IMG/VR virus record: IMGVR_UViG_3300000439_000015
Span: 21,208-85,207 of that record
Reading direction: 5' to 3' (one strand)
Origin: a virus
Lineage: Duplodnaviria > Caudoviricetes
Length of the DNA: 64,000 bases
The position numbers and the translations under genes are program-made. The notes beneath the pieces are model-generated. The model saw nothing but the letters and a program-made list of their open reading frames with translations. It searched no databases and was not told where the DNA came from. Positions 62,587 through 64,000 of the stretch are shown here, piece by piece (within the stretch, counting starts at the first letter, position 1; every line of letters begins with the position of its first letter).

Positions 62587-62616
62587 ATGGTACAGGACGG
62601 GTGTTACGTCTGTCAA
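62587..62616 (-). promoter_or_regulatory. Early-type promoter with GTAACA box variant
   Basis: TTGACA-gacgtaacacccgtcctg(18)-TACCAT. Confidence 0.65.
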
Positions 62617-62620
62617 GTAT

Positions 62621-62830
62621 TTATCTAACTATTTCGTAGTGGTGCTGAACCGCCTTCTTTTTCTTGGGCAGTTCCTTCATCTTTGCGCTGCCGCCGACGA
62701 TGGCGTGGTAGGCACGACGCATGCTCGATGCTTCGATGAACCAGTCACGACGTTGGCACTGCTTTGATTCGCAGACAAGGCCGTTGCGCCCTACCCATTG
62801 CACCTCTACGAGGTCAGTTGGAGATTTCAT
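62621..62830 (-). CDS. Small hypothetical protein
   Basis: 69 aa; divergent from the plus-strand operon. Confidence 0.5.
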   Translation of the reverse strand: MKSPTDLVEVQWVGRNGLVCESKQCQRRDWFIEASSMRRAYHAIVGGSAKMKELPKKKKAVQHHYEIVR

Positions 62831-62877
62831 ACCTACAACTGTAGCACGGTTGAGTGACGTATGCTATACTCGTTTGC

Positions 62878-63297
62878 ATGACAACTGACACCGAAGTAAA
62901 GACCATGACATTGTTCGCCTACGGAACACTCCGAACGGATGAGCCTCTACACAGTTGGGTGCGTGACGAAATCATCACCAAACTTGGGACGGGCGTAATC
63001 CGTGGAGCACGACTGTACTACTCGAATGCGCACAGGGGGTACCCGTACCTCGTGTTCACTCCGAACGTAGCGACAGACCAAGCCGTTGGTGAACTGTTCG
63101 AGGTTTCAATCAACGACAACATCATCTCGATGTTCAACATGGAGATGAATGCTGGCTACACCGTTGCTGATGCAATCGCTACGATGCCTGACGGCACGGA
63201 GCACCCTGTCGTAGTCTGCGCATGGTCGCACGAGCACGGCGAAGAAGTACCGAATAACGACTGGTGTTCAACTGAGCGAAAGGAATGGTGGCGATAA
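62878..63297 (+). CDS. Gamma-glutamylcyclotransferase (AIG2/GGACT-like)
   Basis: LFAYGTLR...GYPYL...AVGELFEV...NMEMNAGY; TATACT -10 element 7 nt before the ATG (leaderless). Confidence 0.85.
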   Translation: MTTDTEVKTMTLFAYGTLRTDEPLHSWVRDEIITKLGTGVIRGARLYYSNAHRGYPYLVFTPNVATDQAVGELFEVSINDNIISMFNMEMNAGYTVADAIATMPDGTEHPVVVCAWSHEHGEEVPNNDWCSTERKEWWR

Positions 63298-63719
63298 TGA
63301 GCAACCGAAAGAACAACCGAGAGTTGGCAGACATGCTCGACACGCAAGATGTCGGGTACCTAGCGAGTGTGTACGAGATGAGCGAGGACTTCATCCGAGG
63401 CATGAGCGACGATGAGTGGTGCGCCTTCCTCGGCTGCACGATGGGCGAGTTGCCGTACTTCCTCTTCGACGACGAGATTGCTCCGTTTGCCACGATTGAT
63501 GGTGAACCGATTGAGGCATTCGAGGACGAGGTTGAGTTCGATGACCTTGACACAGATGCGACGCTGTTCAGCATCGAGGCGTACCTGAAGAAGCAGGGCA
63601 AGAAGCCCGTGGCGAAGAAGCCGACGGTGTTCGCCAGTGAGTACGCACGCCCCTCGGCGTTTGCTGCCAAGTCCAAGGCTCCGAAGGTCGTGCCCCATCA
63701 CTTCGAGGTGATTCGATGA
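63297..63719 (+). CDS. Acidic hypothetical protein with basic C-terminus
   Basis: TAATG coupling to the upstream gene. Confidence 0.6.
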   Translation: MSNRKNNRELADMLDTQDVGYLASVYEMSEDFIRGMSDDEWCAFLGCTMGELPYFLFDDEIAPFATIDGEPIEAFEDEVEFDDLDTDATLFSIEAYLKKQGKKPVAKKPTVFASEYARPSAFAAKSKAPKVVPHHFEVIR

Positions 63720-63883
63720 CGGTGGGCTACGACACGGACGGCACCGCATGGATGACCGTTCGATACACAGTTGAGGTACAGGTGATGGCGGACAACGAAG
63801 AGGACGCTCTCTACTTTGCCGACCTCGCCTTGCCAGATGTTGACGTAAAGAGTCTCGCTGGTTCGGGAGAGGTGGTGAAGTAA
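63716..63883 (+). CDS. Small hypothetical protein (55 aa)
   Basis: ATGA overlap; MTVGYDTDG...VEVQVMADNEEDA. Confidence 0.5.
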   Translation: MTVGYDTDGTAWMTVRYTVEVQVMADNEEDALYFADLALPDVDVKSLAGSGEVVK

Positions 63884-64000
63884 TGGAAGAGATGAACCTC
63901 ACCGACGAGCAACGAGCACGAGCCATGGGTTTCTCATGCGCTTATGGCTTGACTGCGTTGGCATCAGCAGCGTCTAGGGCAGGCAAGGAGTTCGGCACGC
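63883..64000 (+). CDS. Hypothetical protein, 3'-truncated
   Basis: TAATG coupling; runs off the window. Confidence 0.4.
   Translation, partial: MEEMNLTDEQRARAMGFSCAYGLTALASAASRAGKEFGT

Noticed and set aside
1-64000. Stop-codon reassignment or alternative genetic code
   Set aside because: Recognisable genes (capsid, portal, SSB, Dps, PDF) are full length under the standard code and end in TAA, TAG and TGA with tight operonic coupling
1-64000. Integrase, att site or IS element
   Set aside because: No recombinase or transposase motifs and no flanking host genes are seen, so lifestyle cannot be inferred from this window

Overview
A 64-kb slice of a large, high-GC tailed dsDNA phage genome. It is most likely a siphovirus of an actinobacterial host, given two WhiB genes, an Rpf-like transglycosylase, leaderless-type promoters, and a tape measure plus frameshifted tail chaperone with no sheath. 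Almost everything is on the minus strand. In transcription order (high to low coordinate) the window holds: small early genes, a lysis module, SSB/WhiB, portal, XkdF-like prohead protease, a ~16-kb accessory cassette, RecB-like nuclease, scaffold, decoration protein, major capsid, fibre genes with glycosyl/methyl/sulfo-transfer enzymes, head-tail joining genes, two tail-tube paralogues, tail chaperone, tape measure, and a >2100-aa tail protein running off the left end. The standout is the cassette at 34337-50038, between protease and scaffold. Fourteen otherwise unrelated ORFs carry 16 copies of a peptide motif K-(GD|YE)xxGHxF(H/N/R/E)GNQ(Y/W/H/F). The motif usually sits behind one of two short leader peptides and in front of interchangeable payloads (HipA/PI3K-like kinases, an ART-like domain, Zn fingers, Ala/His-rich helices); leader-bearing MuF and a Dps gene lie in the same block. 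I infer a protease-processed, capsid-packaged cargo/effector system. A promoter- and terminator-bounded, highly base-paired ~330-nt non-coding RNA lies antisense inside the same cassette. All product calls come from motif recognition by eye; no database searches were run.
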